From Myxococcota bacterium (GTDB lineage: Bacteria > Myxococcota_A > UBA9042 > DTJE01): DNA of 64,000 nt. Shown here piece after piece: positions 36,090 to 45,181 of this stretch. The notes below the pieces were generated by a model. It ran no database searches. It was not told the DNA's origin and was given only the letters and a program-made list of their open reading frames with translations. The stretch covers positions 10,218 to 74,217 of the forward strand of contig JAGOKF010000004.1 of NCBI GenBank assembly GCA_017994695.1, read 5' to 3'. Numbering within the stretch: the stretch's first letter is position 1; every line of letters starts with the position of its first letter. Made by a program: the position numbers and the translations under genes.

Positions 36090-37826
36090 CTACCCGGGAG
36101 ACCGCAGGCTCGCCAGGCGGCAGCCGCCAGCCGGAACCGTCTCCAGGCAGGCCACCTGCCGGACCATCCGGCGGGCCATCGACCGGGCCCCGTTCTCCGG
36201 GAGACCGGGGATTGCCAGCATCAGCATCGCTTCCAGGTGCGATACCGGAGAGGAGTCCCCGTCTCCCGCGGACCAGCCCGCCAGGAGTCCGCTGCCCGAC
36301 AGGGACTGGCGGGCCAGCAGGGGCAGGTCGTCCACCTGGAGGTCCACCGCGACCACCAGGTCCGGCCGCAGGGAAGCCAGCAGGGTGGCTCCGGCGGGGC
36401 CCATTTCGGCCAGGGCCCGCCGGTCGAGCCGGATCAGGCCCGATCCGGCCTCGGTGCCGCCGGGGCCTCCATCGAGCACCGCCACGCGGAAGTTCCCCGG
36501 CAGGGTCGAAAGCAGGGCCATCGCGAACCCTCGCCTCTGGGCGGGAGTGCCTCCCAAGAGGGCGACTCCCTGTCGATCCAGGATCGACTGCCGCAACAGG
36601 TCGGCCTCCGGCTGGGGCACCCGGCCCTCCGAGATCCATTCGGACCAGGCGGGGTGCTTCAGCAGGCACCGCTCGACCCGGATCACCCGGCCCCCGACCG
36701 CAACCGGTGGATTGACCACCTGGAGGGAGAAGCCTTCCATCAGAGTGGCCTGCACGAATGCCTGGCCCAGGGCCTCCCGGGGAAGTCCGGCCAGGGTCGC
36801 CAGCCGTTCCAGGACCCGGTCCTGCCCCTCCCGGGACGAGAAGCCCTTGGCGATCCGATCCACCCGGTCGCCCCGGCAGGCCAGCACCTGGTCCTTCCCG
36901 ATGGTCATCATTCCGTGGAGGGTCTCGTCGGCCAGCAGTTCCTCGAAGGGGCCCAATCCGAGGAACTCGTAGAGCAGGTCCTGGGTCACCTCGTAGGGGT
37001 CCACCTCCGGACCGATGCGGCCCTCTCGCCGGAGCCGGTCCACCAGGCGCATCACCCCGTCCGAGAGGCGCTGCCAGGCCTCGTCGGTGATCTCGTGGGT
37101 CGCCGGGTCGATCCCCGCGAAGACCGAGTTCCTCGCGGCTTCCGCCAGGAGTTCCATGGCCTTCACGTACCGCTCGGGAGCCGTCAGGTCCCCGGCTTCC
37201 AGGGGTCGGCGGGACACGGCGGACAGGCGGCTGGGAACCGAGACCGACACCTCGGGCGGTGCGGGCGCCTTCGCGGGGGGAGGAGGAGGCGGGGTCGCCG
37301 AGGGGGTGGTGGGGGCGACCCGGCTGGTGATCGGCTGCTCGACCGACTCCTGGGAGGGGGGAGCCTCGACCTCCACCTCGAGGTCGAGGGGAACTTCGAC
37401 TCCCGGCTGGCTGGCCTCGGGAGGCGGGGGCGGCGGCTCGACGTCGAGGGCCGGCATCGCCACCGTCGCCCGGTACTGGGCCATCTCCTCCGGCGGGGGC
37501 GGCAGGGGGGTCGGCTCGTGGACTCCCGTCGTCCCCTGGACCTCGGAGAAGCGGAGGATGTAGTCCCCGATGTAGACCCGGTCCTCGGCGCTCAACTGCC
37601 TCGGCCCCGTGATGCGTCTTCCGTTCACATAGGTGCCGTTGGTGCTCTTGAGGTCCGTCAACACCACGGTGCCTCCCTCGACCTGGACCATCGCGTGGCG
37701 CTTCGAGACGTTCGGCTTCGGGAGGACAATCAGGTTGCCCTGGACCCGCCCGATGGTCACCGCGGTGACGTCGAACAGGTGCTCGTGCTCCAGACCCCCC
37801 TTCTCGGCCACCGTGACCTTCAACAT
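36090..37826 (-). CDS. FHA domain fused to a CpaF/TadA/VirB11-like (T2SSE) domain with degenerate Walker A and B
   Basis: FHA signature at the N-terminus, then a Pro-rich linker. T2SSE-like blocks LGLGPFEELLAD, ATLMEGFSLQVVNPP, GGRVIRVER. The P-loop position reads GGTPAQRRG (nt 36528-36554). Start chosen at MLKVTV (37826); the track ORF extends to 37886. Confidence 0.65.
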   Translation of the reverse strand: MLKVTVAEKGGLEHEHLFDVTAVTIGRVQGNLIVLPKPNVSKRHAMVQVEGGTVVLTDLKSTNGTYVNGRRITGPRQLSAEDRVYIGDYILRFSEVQGTTGVHEPTPLPPPPEEMAQYRATVAMPALDVEPPPPPPEASQPGVEVPLDLEVEVEAPPSQESVEQPITSRVAPTTPSATPPPPPPAKAPAPPEVSVSVPSRLSAVSRRPLEAGDLTAPERYVKAMELLAEAARNSVFAGIDPATHEITDEAWQRLSDGVMRLVDRLRREGRIGPEVDPYEVTQDLLYEFLGLGPFEELLADETLHGMMTIGKDQVLACRGDRVDRIAKGFSSREGQDRVLERLATLAGLPREALGQAFVQATLMEGFSLQVVNPPVAVGGRVIRVERCLLKHPAWSEWISEGRVPQPEADLLRQSILDRQGVALLGGTPAQRRGFAMALLSTLPGNFRVAVLDGGPGGTEAGSGLIRLDRRALAEMGPAGATLLASLRPDLVVAVDLQVDDLPLLARQSLSGSGLLAGWSAGDGDSSPVSHLEAMLMLAIPGLPENGARSMARRMVRQVACLETVPAGGCRLASLRSPG

Positions 37827-37985
37827 CCTGCCGTGCCCCCTCTGCGGTCGGAAAGGCATTGTCCCCGAGCCCTCCCGCGATGTCAACGAAGGAACCCAGC
37901 CGGAACCTGGGCCTTCCCGGCCGGGAGGGATCGGCGCCCCTCCCCGGAACCGGCGGGGAACAAACCGGGGACGCCGGTGGTCTCG

Positions 37986-38014
37986 TTGCCGGGGAGGGGC
38001 CGTTCCGTTAGCAT
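37986..38014 (+). promoter_or_regulatory. candidate sigma70-type promoter for the TPR lipoprotein gene
   Basis: TTGCCG-17 nt-TAGCAT about 24 nt upstream of the ATG at 38038. It overlaps the inverted repeat CCGTTCC-N15-GGAACGG. Confidence 0.35.
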
Positions 38015-38037
38015 CCCCCTGGAACGGGGAACCGGTG

Positions 38038-39108
38038 ATGAAGGCGTCGGAAAGGGCCTGGCTGATCTGGATCGCGGTCCCCTGGTGGACTGCCTGCTCC
38101 CCGAAGGTCCAGCAGATCCGAATGGACCCGATGGAGTTCGTCGCCCAGCATACCGAGGAGGGGATCGCGGTGGACCTCCTGGATCCCGAGGTCCTGTTCC
38201 GGGAAGGGACCGAGGCCTGGGAGGCCCGCCGCCTGGAGGAGGCCGCGCGGAAGTTCGGATGGATCGCGAGGCACTTCCCGGACTCTCCCTGGGCACGGCC
38301 GGCGCTCTACAACCGGGCCCTGTCGCTGCTGGCCGCCGGGCGTCCCGGGGAGGCCGCCGAGGACCTCCAGGCATTCCTTCGGAAATACCCCGACGACGAG
38401 GACCTCCCCGACGTGCTGGCCAAGGCGGGCCAGGCCTTCCAGGAATCGGGCCGCTGGGCGGAGGCCGAGGCCGCCCTCCGGCGGCGCCTTCGGTTTCCCA
38501 TGACCCTATTCCAGGAGTTCGAGGTCCGGGCCCGCCTGGCCCGGGTGCTCCGGATGCTGGGCCGGGGTTCCGAGGCCCGGGAGGAGGTCCAGCGCGTGCT
38601 GTCCCTGGCCGACCGCAACGCCACGGTGCCCACGGTGAACGGGAACGAGTTCGTGGCGATGGCCTCCTTCGAGGGGGCGGAGACGTGGCACGACCTCTTC
38701 TCGCGGATCCGGTTCGTGCTGCCCACCGAGCGCATGGAGAAGGACCTGGAGGACAAGGCCACCCTCTTCCTGAAGGCCCAGGCGGAGTACCTGAGGACCC
38801 TGCGACTGGGCAACGTGTACTGGAGCGTCCAGGCGGGGCTTCGGATGGGACGCCTCTACGAGGAGTTCTACGACGACCTCCTGGGGGCCGAGATCCCCCC
38901 GGAACTGAACCCGGAGGACCGGGAGATCTACCTCCAGGAGTTGCGGCGCAAGGCCCGCCCCCTCGTCGCGAAGGCGGTGGCGACCTACGAGAGGAACCTC
39001 TCCCTGGCCCGGGTCCACGGAGCCAGGGAGGAATGGCTCGGGGACCTCCCGGTCCGGATCGCCCGACTGCGACGGATCCTCGAAGAGATCCCCGAGTCGC
39101 CTCCCTGA
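38038..39108 (+). CDS. TPR-repeat lipoprotein (BamD/YfiO-like architecture)
   Basis: Signal MKASERAWLIWIAVPWWTAC. TPR-like helical pairs (ALYNRALSLLAAGRPGEAAEDLQAFLRKYPD...). Confidence 0.55.
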   Translation: MKASERAWLIWIAVPWWTACSPKVQQIRMDPMEFVAQHTEEGIAVDLLDPEVLFREGTEAWEARRLEEAARKFGWIARHFPDSPWARPALYNRALSLLAAGRPGEAAEDLQAFLRKYPDDEDLPDVLAKAGQAFQESGRWAEAEAALRRRLRFPMTLFQEFEVRARLARVLRMLGRGSEAREEVQRVLSLADRNATVPTVNGNEFVAMASFEGAETWHDLFSRIRFVLPTERMEKDLEDKATLFLKAQAEYLRTLRLGNVYWSVQAGLRMGRLYEEFYDDLLGAEIPPELNPEDREIYLQELRRKARPLVAKAVATYERNLSLARVHGAREEWLGDLPVRIARLRRILEEIPESPP

Positions 39109-39111
39109 CCC

Positions 39112-42093
39112 TCAGGAATTCGCCCCCGCCTCCCCGACTCCGCGGGTCCAGGGCCCCCCCCTGCGGATCAGTTCCTCGAATGCCTCGGCCGACACGGGAC
39201 GGCTGAAGAGGTAGCCCTGGGCATAGTGGCAGCCCAGTTCCCGCACGGCCGAAAGGTGCATCTGGGTCTCGACCCCCTCGGCGATGGTCTCCATCTTCAG
39301 GGACTGGGCCAGCGTCACGATCGCCCGGACCAGTTCCCGGGAGGCCGCGTGGTCGATGCTGGACACGAAGGATCGATCCACCTTGATGGTCCGGATGGGG
39401 AAGCGCTGGAGGTAGGACAGGGAGGAGTACCCGGTCCCGAAGTCATCCAGTTGGAGCCGCACTCCCATGCGGTCGATCTCCTGGAGCATCCGCAGGATCT
39501 CCCCGAGGTCCTCCATCAGGAGGCTCTCGGTGATCTCGACCTTCAGGCAGGCGGGAGGCAGCCCCGATTCGGCCAGGGCCTCCCGGATGATCGCCAGGGG
39601 CTTGCCGTGGGTGAACTGCCGGGCCGAGAAGTTGACGCTGATGGTCAGGTCCCCCGCTTCGGGGAATCGCTGCCTCCACCCCGCGGCCGTCCGGCAGGCC
39701 TCCCGGAGCACGAACTCCCCGATGGGGAGGATCAGCCCGGTCTCCTCGGCCACCCCGATGAACTCCCCGGGGCTCCGGGTGCCGAGTTCCGGGTGCATCC
39801 ACCGCACCAGGGCCTCGGCGCCGGTCACCCGGTCCCGGAGGAGATCCACGATGGGCTGGAGGAAGACCGCGAACTGTCCGGCTTCCACCGCGTGCCGCAG
39901 GTCGGACTCCAGCTGGACCCGGCGGGAGATCTCCTGGTGCATCTCCCGGCTGAACGCCACGATGCGGTTCCGGCCACCCTCCTTGGCCCGGTACATCGCC
40001 GTGTCGGCATCCCGGAGGACCTCCTCGGCACTCCGGTATTCCGCCGTGCTCCTGGCCAGGCCGATGCTGGCATTGGGAATGAACTCCTGGCCCTGGATGA
40101 GAAGGGGACGGGAGAGGTGCTGCTGGATCCGCTCGGCCACCTCCTGGGCGTCGGCCGGGTCCCGGAGGTCGTTCAGCAGCACCGCGAACTCGTCGCCGCC
40201 CAGCCTCGCCACCGTGTCCCCCGCCCGCAGGCACTCGGAAATCCGCCGGGCGACCCCCTTCAGGAACTCGTCGCCGGCCGAGTGCCCCAGGCTGTCATTG
40301 ATGTCCTTGAAGCGATCCAGGTCCAGGAACAGCACCGCGAAGAAATACCACCCCCGACGGCGCGCCACCGCGAGGCTCTGGTTCAGGCGATCCAGGAAGA
40401 GGATCCGGTTCGGCAGCCCGGTCAGCGTGTCGTGGAGCGCCATCCGCTCCATCTGCTCCTGGACCTCGTGGCGCTCGGTGACGTCCACCAGGCTTCCGAC
40501 CGCCCGGATCACCTCCCCCCGGGAATCCCGCACCAGCACCACCCGGGCCTCGAACCAGAGCCAATCCCCGGACTTCCCGTGGTAGCGGAACTCCCCGTAC
40601 CATCTCGACTGCTGCCCCTGACAGGCCGCGGCCAGGGACTCCTCCACCCGGATCCGGTCCTCGGGGTGGGCCCAGAGCCGCCACTCCGTGAGGGGATCCC
40701 CCTGCCAGTCCGGGGAGAGGTCCATCATCTCCCGCAGGCGCGGAGACAGGTAGGTGGTCCCCTGGCGGAGGTCGTGGTCCCACAGGCCCAGGTCCGCCGA
40801 CTGGAGGGCCAGGGCGTACCGCTCCTCGCTCTGCTGCAGGGACTCCTGTCGGACGCGGAGCTCTGTGACGTCCCGGCAGCAGATCGCCACCTCCTCCCCG
40901 ATGGGAAGGACATGCCACTCGTACCAGGTGCCCCGGGAAGGGCAATGGACCTCGAAGATCCCTCGCCGGCCGTCCCGGACGGCCACCCCGATTCCGTCGT
41001 CCCCCTCGCTGAGGCCCGAAAGAGCCTCCGAGGCCTCCCGGCCGATCCAGACTCCCTCGCCCAGGATCTCCTCGGCCGGACGGTTCAGGCGGATGATCCG
41101 CCCGTTCGCGTCCACCAGGATGAGTCCCACCGAGGCGGTCTCCAGGGCCAGAGCCAGCGTCCGGCACCAATGTTCCGTCTGCTCCCGCAGGGGCTCCTCT
41201 TCCGGGATTTCCTCCAGGTACGTCAGGCGCCCCAGCACTTCGTTCCGGCCGCTCCGGAGCACCCGGGAACGCACCCGGAAGCCCCGCTCCCCTCCCGGGG
41301 ACGGCAGGGAGCAGGTCCCGCGGGTCCAGCCGTCCTCGCTCTCCTCGGCCCCCTGCAACGCCAGGGCCAGCCGGGGCAACACCTCGGACAGCGGCTGGCC
41401 GATCAGCCCGGTCGTCCATTCCCCGGCCCTCAGGACCAGGCGCCGGGCCGCGTCGTTCATCAGCCTCAAGCGGGACGCTTCGTCGAGGACCAGCAGCGGA
41501 TCCGGGAAGGCCTCGAAGAGGGACCTCCACCTCGCGTTCTGCCGGGCCAGGGACCGGTTCGATTCCTGGATCTCCGACAGGATGTCGCTGAAATCGCTGT
41601 GGAGGCGATCCCGGATCACCATCATCTCGGCCTGGTTGAAGAAGCCGTCCAGCAGAGGGCACAGGTCCAGCGCCTCGGCGTTCCCTTCCCCGCTCCCCAA
41701 AGCGACCAGGCGGCGCAGGAAGGCCCGGCGGACATCCTTCAGCAGCCCCATGAACAGGCTGATGTCACCTCCCCGGTCCCGGTAGGACCGGGCCACCTGG
41801 AGAATCGGCCCCCAGACCGGGTGGTCCGTCGAGGGCGGGTCGAGTTCCCTGGGAGGCCTGGGTGTCCTCTGGAGTCCCAGAAAACATTTCAGGGCCTGAC
41901 AGAGGGTTCGGAGGAGATCCCGGACCTCGATCAGGTCCCCGGACGCGAAGGGCTGCCCCGGGCCGCCGGCCACCTCCTCCAGGACCAGTGCCGCCAGGAA
42001 CTCGTCTTCCTGCGTGAAGTGCCTCCAGAGATCGGCCACCGTCACTCCCCCTTCCCCGGGCCGCCGGGCTATCTTCCCTTGAAGGCGAGGCAA
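39112..42093 (-). CDS. multi-PAS GGDEF-EAL protein (diguanylate cyclase / c-di-GMP phosphodiesterase)
   Basis: GGDEF intact (RLGGDEFAVLL) with the I-site RAGD five residues upstream. EAL domain motifs EALVRW, DDFGTGYSSLSYL, IAEGVETQ. Several PAS-like segments. Confidence 0.85.
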   Translation of the reverse strand: MPRLQGKIARRPGEGGVTVADLWRHFTQEDEFLAALVLEEVAGGPGQPFASGDLIEVRDLLRTLCQALKCFLGLQRTPRPPRELDPPSTDHPVWGPILQVARSYRDRGGDISLFMGLLKDVRRAFLRRLVALGSGEGNAEALDLCPLLDGFFNQAEMMVIRDRLHSDFSDILSEIQESNRSLARQNARWRSLFEAFPDPLLVLDEASRLRLMNDAARRLVLRAGEWTTGLIGQPLSEVLPRLALALQGAEESEDGWTRGTCSLPSPGGERGFRVRSRVLRSGRNEVLGRLTYLEEIPEEEPLREQTEHWCRTLALALETASVGLILVDANGRIIRLNRPAEEILGEGVWIGREASEALSGLSEGDDGIGVAVRDGRRGIFEVHCPSRGTWYEWHVLPIGEEVAICCRDVTELRVRQESLQQSEERYALALQSADLGLWDHDLRQGTTYLSPRLREMMDLSPDWQGDPLTEWRLWAHPEDRIRVEESLAAACQGQQSRWYGEFRYHGKSGDWLWFEARVVLVRDSRGEVIRAVGSLVDVTERHEVQEQMERMALHDTLTGLPNRILFLDRLNQSLAVARRRGWYFFAVLFLDLDRFKDINDSLGHSAGDEFLKGVARRISECLRAGDTVARLGGDEFAVLLNDLRDPADAQEVAERIQQHLSRPLLIQGQEFIPNASIGLARSTAEYRSAEEVLRDADTAMYRAKEGGRNRIVAFSREMHQEISRRVQLESDLRHAVEAGQFAVFLQPIVDLLRDRVTGAEALVRWMHPELGTRSPGEFIGVAEETGLILPIGEFVLREACRTAAGWRQRFPEAGDLTISVNFSARQFTHGKPLAIIREALAESGLPPACLKVEITESLLMEDLGEILRMLQEIDRMGVRLQLDDFGTGYSSLSYLQRFPIRTIKVDRSFVSSIDHAASRELVRAIVTLAQSLKMETIAEGVETQMHLSAVRELGCHYAQGYLFSRPVSAEAFEELIRRGGPWTRGVGEAGANS

Positions 42094-42221
42094 CCGGCAA
42101 CTTCCATTTCTCCATCGGCATTCACCCGAAAAAAGCCGATAGGGAGGCAGGAGTTCTTCTCCCGATCCCCGAGAGCCCCGGAGTGCTATCTTCCCGATCC
42201 GGGGATCGAGGGAGGCCCGCC

Positions 42222-43982
42222 ATGACCAGGATTTCCAGCCGACGGACGAGGGACCGGACTCCCGGGATCCGGCAGGCGGCCATCGGGATTCTGCTCCTTG
42301 CAGGATGCGGCCATTCGGGATCCTCCCAGGCCCCGGATCCGGTGCTCCCGGGGGACCATGCGGCAGCGGAGTCCGCCGAGGAGGGGGCCGGAGACCTGCC
42401 GAAGCCCCCGGTCCGGGTGATCTGCGCGGCTCCGGAGGCGGTTTCGGGAAAGTGGTACCACGAGGCCGTGGGCTACGAGGTCTTCGTCCGGTCCTTCGCC
42501 GACTCCGACGGCGACGGGATCGGGGATCTCCGGGGCCTGGCCGGACGACTGGATTTCCTGAACGACGGGGACCCTTCCACCGACCGAGACCTCGGCGTGG
42601 ACCTCCTGTGGCTGATGCCGATCACCCGAAGCCCCTCCTACCACGGCTACGACGTCACCGACTACCGCCGGGTCCAGCCCGAGTACGGCACCGAGGAGGA
42701 CCTGGCGGCGCTGCTCGAGGCGGCCCACGCCCGGGGCATCCGGGTGGTGATGGACCTCGTGATCAACCACTCCTCCAGTACGCACCCCTGGTTCCTGGCC
42801 GCCCGGTCGTCCGCCGCCGACCCGCGCCGGGACTGGTACGTCTGGTCCCCGGTCCCCCTCGACTGGGGCCAGCCCTGGAATCCGGGGGCCGGGACCTGGC
42901 ACCGGGCCGGGGATGCCTGGTACTACGGGCTGTTCTGGGAGGGGATGCCGGACCTGAACTGGCGGAACGACGGCCTGATGGCCGAGATGACCGACGTGGC
43001 CCGGTACTGGCTCGGGAAGGGCCTGGACGGATTCCGGCTGGACGCCGCCCGGTACCTGGTGGAGGACGGCCCCGGGGAGGGACAGGCGGACACCCCCGGG
43101 ACCCACGCGGCCTTGCGCGCCCTCCGGGCCGCCACCGACACCGTCCGGAGGGACGCGCTGCTGGTCGGGGAGGTCTGGACCGACACGGCCACGGTGGGGA
43201 CCTACCTCGACGCCTCGGGGATCCGGGAACTCCCGATGGCCTTCGACTTCGACCTGGCCGGCGCCCTGGTGGAGGGCATCCGGAACGCCAGCGCCTCGGG
43301 GGTGAGACAGGCCCTGTGCAACCACCTGGGCCTCCCGGCGGGACCGGCGGCGCTGGGGACGTTCCTGACCAACCACGACCAGGTCCGCCTGGCCACGGCG
43401 ATCGAGCATCGCGGGGACGCCGGCCGGAGAATCGCCGCCGTCCTGCTGATGACGCTGCCCGGAGTCCCCTGGATCTACTACGGGGAGGAGATCGGACAGC
43501 GCAACGGGACCGGTGGCGGGGACGAGGCGAAGCGCCTGCCGATGCAGTGGAGCGCCGGGCCCGGGGGCGGATTCACCACGGGCGTCCCCTGGATGGCCCC
43601 CCGGGACACCGAGGCCTCCCGGACCGTCGCGGGACAACAGGAGGACCCCGGGAGCCTGCTGTCCTGGTACCGGAGGCTGATCCGGATCCGGAAGTCCCAT
43701 CCAGCCCTTGCCCGGGGCAGCGCCGAGGTGCTGGACCTCGACGGGACGGCGGCACGCCCCCTGGCGGTGCGCCGGGCGTCCGGCGACGAGACGGTGCTGG
43801 TGGTGGCCTCCCTGGCGGCCCGGGAGAACCGCGTGACGATCCCCGGCGAGGTCCTCGGATCCGCCCTGCGCTGGGAGGACCTGCTGTCGGGCCAGACCTT
43901 TTCCAGGGAGACGCCTCAGGCGGACCTGCCGCTGGACCCCCTGCCGCCCTTCGGAGCGGTGGTGATCAGGGCCTCGCCATAG
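42222..43982 (+). CDS. GH13 alpha-amylase-family glycosidase, lipoprotein
   Basis: Lipobox LLLAGC. GH13 regions DLVINHSS, GFRLDAARY, GEVW, FLTNHDQ. GAGGGAGG SD. Confidence 0.85.
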   Translation: MTRISSRRTRDRTPGIRQAAIGILLLAGCGHSGSSQAPDPVLPGDHAAAESAEEGAGDLPKPPVRVICAAPEAVSGKWYHEAVGYEVFVRSFADSDGDGIGDLRGLAGRLDFLNDGDPSTDRDLGVDLLWLMPITRSPSYHGYDVTDYRRVQPEYGTEEDLAALLEAAHARGIRVVMDLVINHSSSTHPWFLAARSSAADPRRDWYVWSPVPLDWGQPWNPGAGTWHRAGDAWYYGLFWEGMPDLNWRNDGLMAEMTDVARYWLGKGLDGFRLDAARYLVEDGPGEGQADTPGTHAALRALRAATDTVRRDALLVGEVWTDTATVGTYLDASGIRELPMAFDFDLAGALVEGIRNASASGVRQALCNHLGLPAGPAALGTFLTNHDQVRLATAIEHRGDAGRRIAAVLLMTLPGVPWIYYGEEIGQRNGTGGGDEAKRLPMQWSAGPGGGFTTGVPWMAPRDTEASRTVAGQQEDPGSLLSWYRRLIRIRKSHPALARGSAEVLDLDGTAARPLAVRRASGDETVLVVASLAARENRVTIPGEVLGSALRWEDLLSGQTFSRETPQADLPLDPLPPFGAVVIRASP

Positions 43983-45181
43983 AGGCCCATCAGGCGATCC
44001 ACCACCCGGTCCCAGTGGAACTCCGACCGGACCCGCTCCCGCCCCCGGGAACCCATCGCCCTTCCTCGATCCGGGTCCTGGAGCAGCGTCGCGACGGCAT
44101 CCCGGAAGGCCCCAAGATTCCCCGGTTCCACCAGCAGGCCGTCCCGGTCGTGGCGGATCACGTCGGGAACGCCTCCCACCCCGCAGGCCACCACGGGCAG
44201 GCCGGCGGCCCATCCTTCCAGGATCACGATGCCGAAGGGCTCGTGGACCGAGGGCAGCAGCAGGATCTCCGCCGCCGCATAGGCGTCCCGGAGGTCCGAG
44301 GTTCCGGCGGGGAGGCCCGGCACCAGGGTCGCATGGCCGCCCGACCGTTCCACCTCCTCCCGGACCTGGGCGGCATAGGCCTCGTGGGTGACCGGGCCGA
44401 TGAGCAGCAGGTGGAGGTCCCGGAATCGCGGCAGCAGTTGTTCCAGGACCTGGAGGGAGGTCCGCTGGGCCTTCTGGGGATCGATCCGCCCGACCTGGAG
44501 CAGCACGCGGGCCCCCCGGGGAATCCCGTAACGCTCGCGGAACGCCTGCCCGTCGCCTCCCTGGAAGCGGGCCGGGTCCACCCCGTTCGAGAAGCGGTGC
44601 ACCCGGACCCGGGGATCCCGCCGACGCAGGACCTCCTCCTCCCGGCGGCCCAGCACCAGCACTCCCGCCGCATCCTGGAGCACCCGGTGGGATCCCAGGG
44701 CCCACCCCAGGATCTTCCCCCACTCGAGGGTCCCCCGCCGAGCCTCCCGGTAGGACTCCTGTTCCGAGGCGGGGATGTCCTCGACGCCGCCGTGGATCGT
44801 CACGAAGTAGGGGATGCGGCGGATCGCGGCGACCGTCCGGACGATCCCCCCCAGGCGGTTGCCGGTATGGAGATGGAGGACGTCCAGTTGCGGGGTCTGC
44901 AGCAGCGCGGCCATCAGGGAGAACGACACGAGGTTGCCCCCCTTCAGGTCCATCGCGTGGCGTTGCTCCGGTGAGAGGCCCAGGAAGGGGTAGAAGTAGG
45001 GAAAGCGCCGGACCTCGACCCCCTCGATGGTCTCCTCCCGGCGATCGGCCAGGGCCTCGGGGCACCAGATCGCCACCCGGTGCCCCTGGCGCTGCTGGCG
45101 GGTCGCCACCTCCAGCACCACCGACTCGGTGCCTCCCCAGTGGGACCGGGTGAAGCGCCGGGGGACGTGGACGATGGTCAT
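43916..45181 (-). CDS. GT4-family glycosyltransferase
   Basis: ATG at 45181 overlaps the upstream stop (ATGA). GT-B C-terminal motif LLLPSVHEPFGIVILEGWAAGLPVVA. Confidence 0.8.
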   Translation of the reverse strand: MTIVHVPRRFTRSHWGGTESVVLEVATRQQRQGHRVAIWCPEALADRREETIEGVEVRRFPYFYPFLGLSPEQRHAMDLKGGNLVSFSLMAALLQTPQLDVLHLHTGNRLGGIVRTVAAIRRIPYFVTIHGGVEDIPASEQESYREARRGTLEWGKILGWALGSHRVLQDAAGVLVLGRREEEVLRRRDPRVRVHRFSNGVDPARFQGGDGQAFRERYGIPRGARVLLQVGRIDPQKAQRTSLQVLEQLLPRFRDLHLLLIGPVTHEAYAAQVREEVERSGGHATLVPGLPAGTSDLRDAYAAAEILLLPSVHEPFGIVILEGWAAGLPVVACGVGGVPDVIRHDRDGLLVEPGNLGAFRDAVATLLQDPDRGRAMGSRGRERVRSEFHWDRVVDRLMGLYGEALITTAPKGGRGSSGRSA

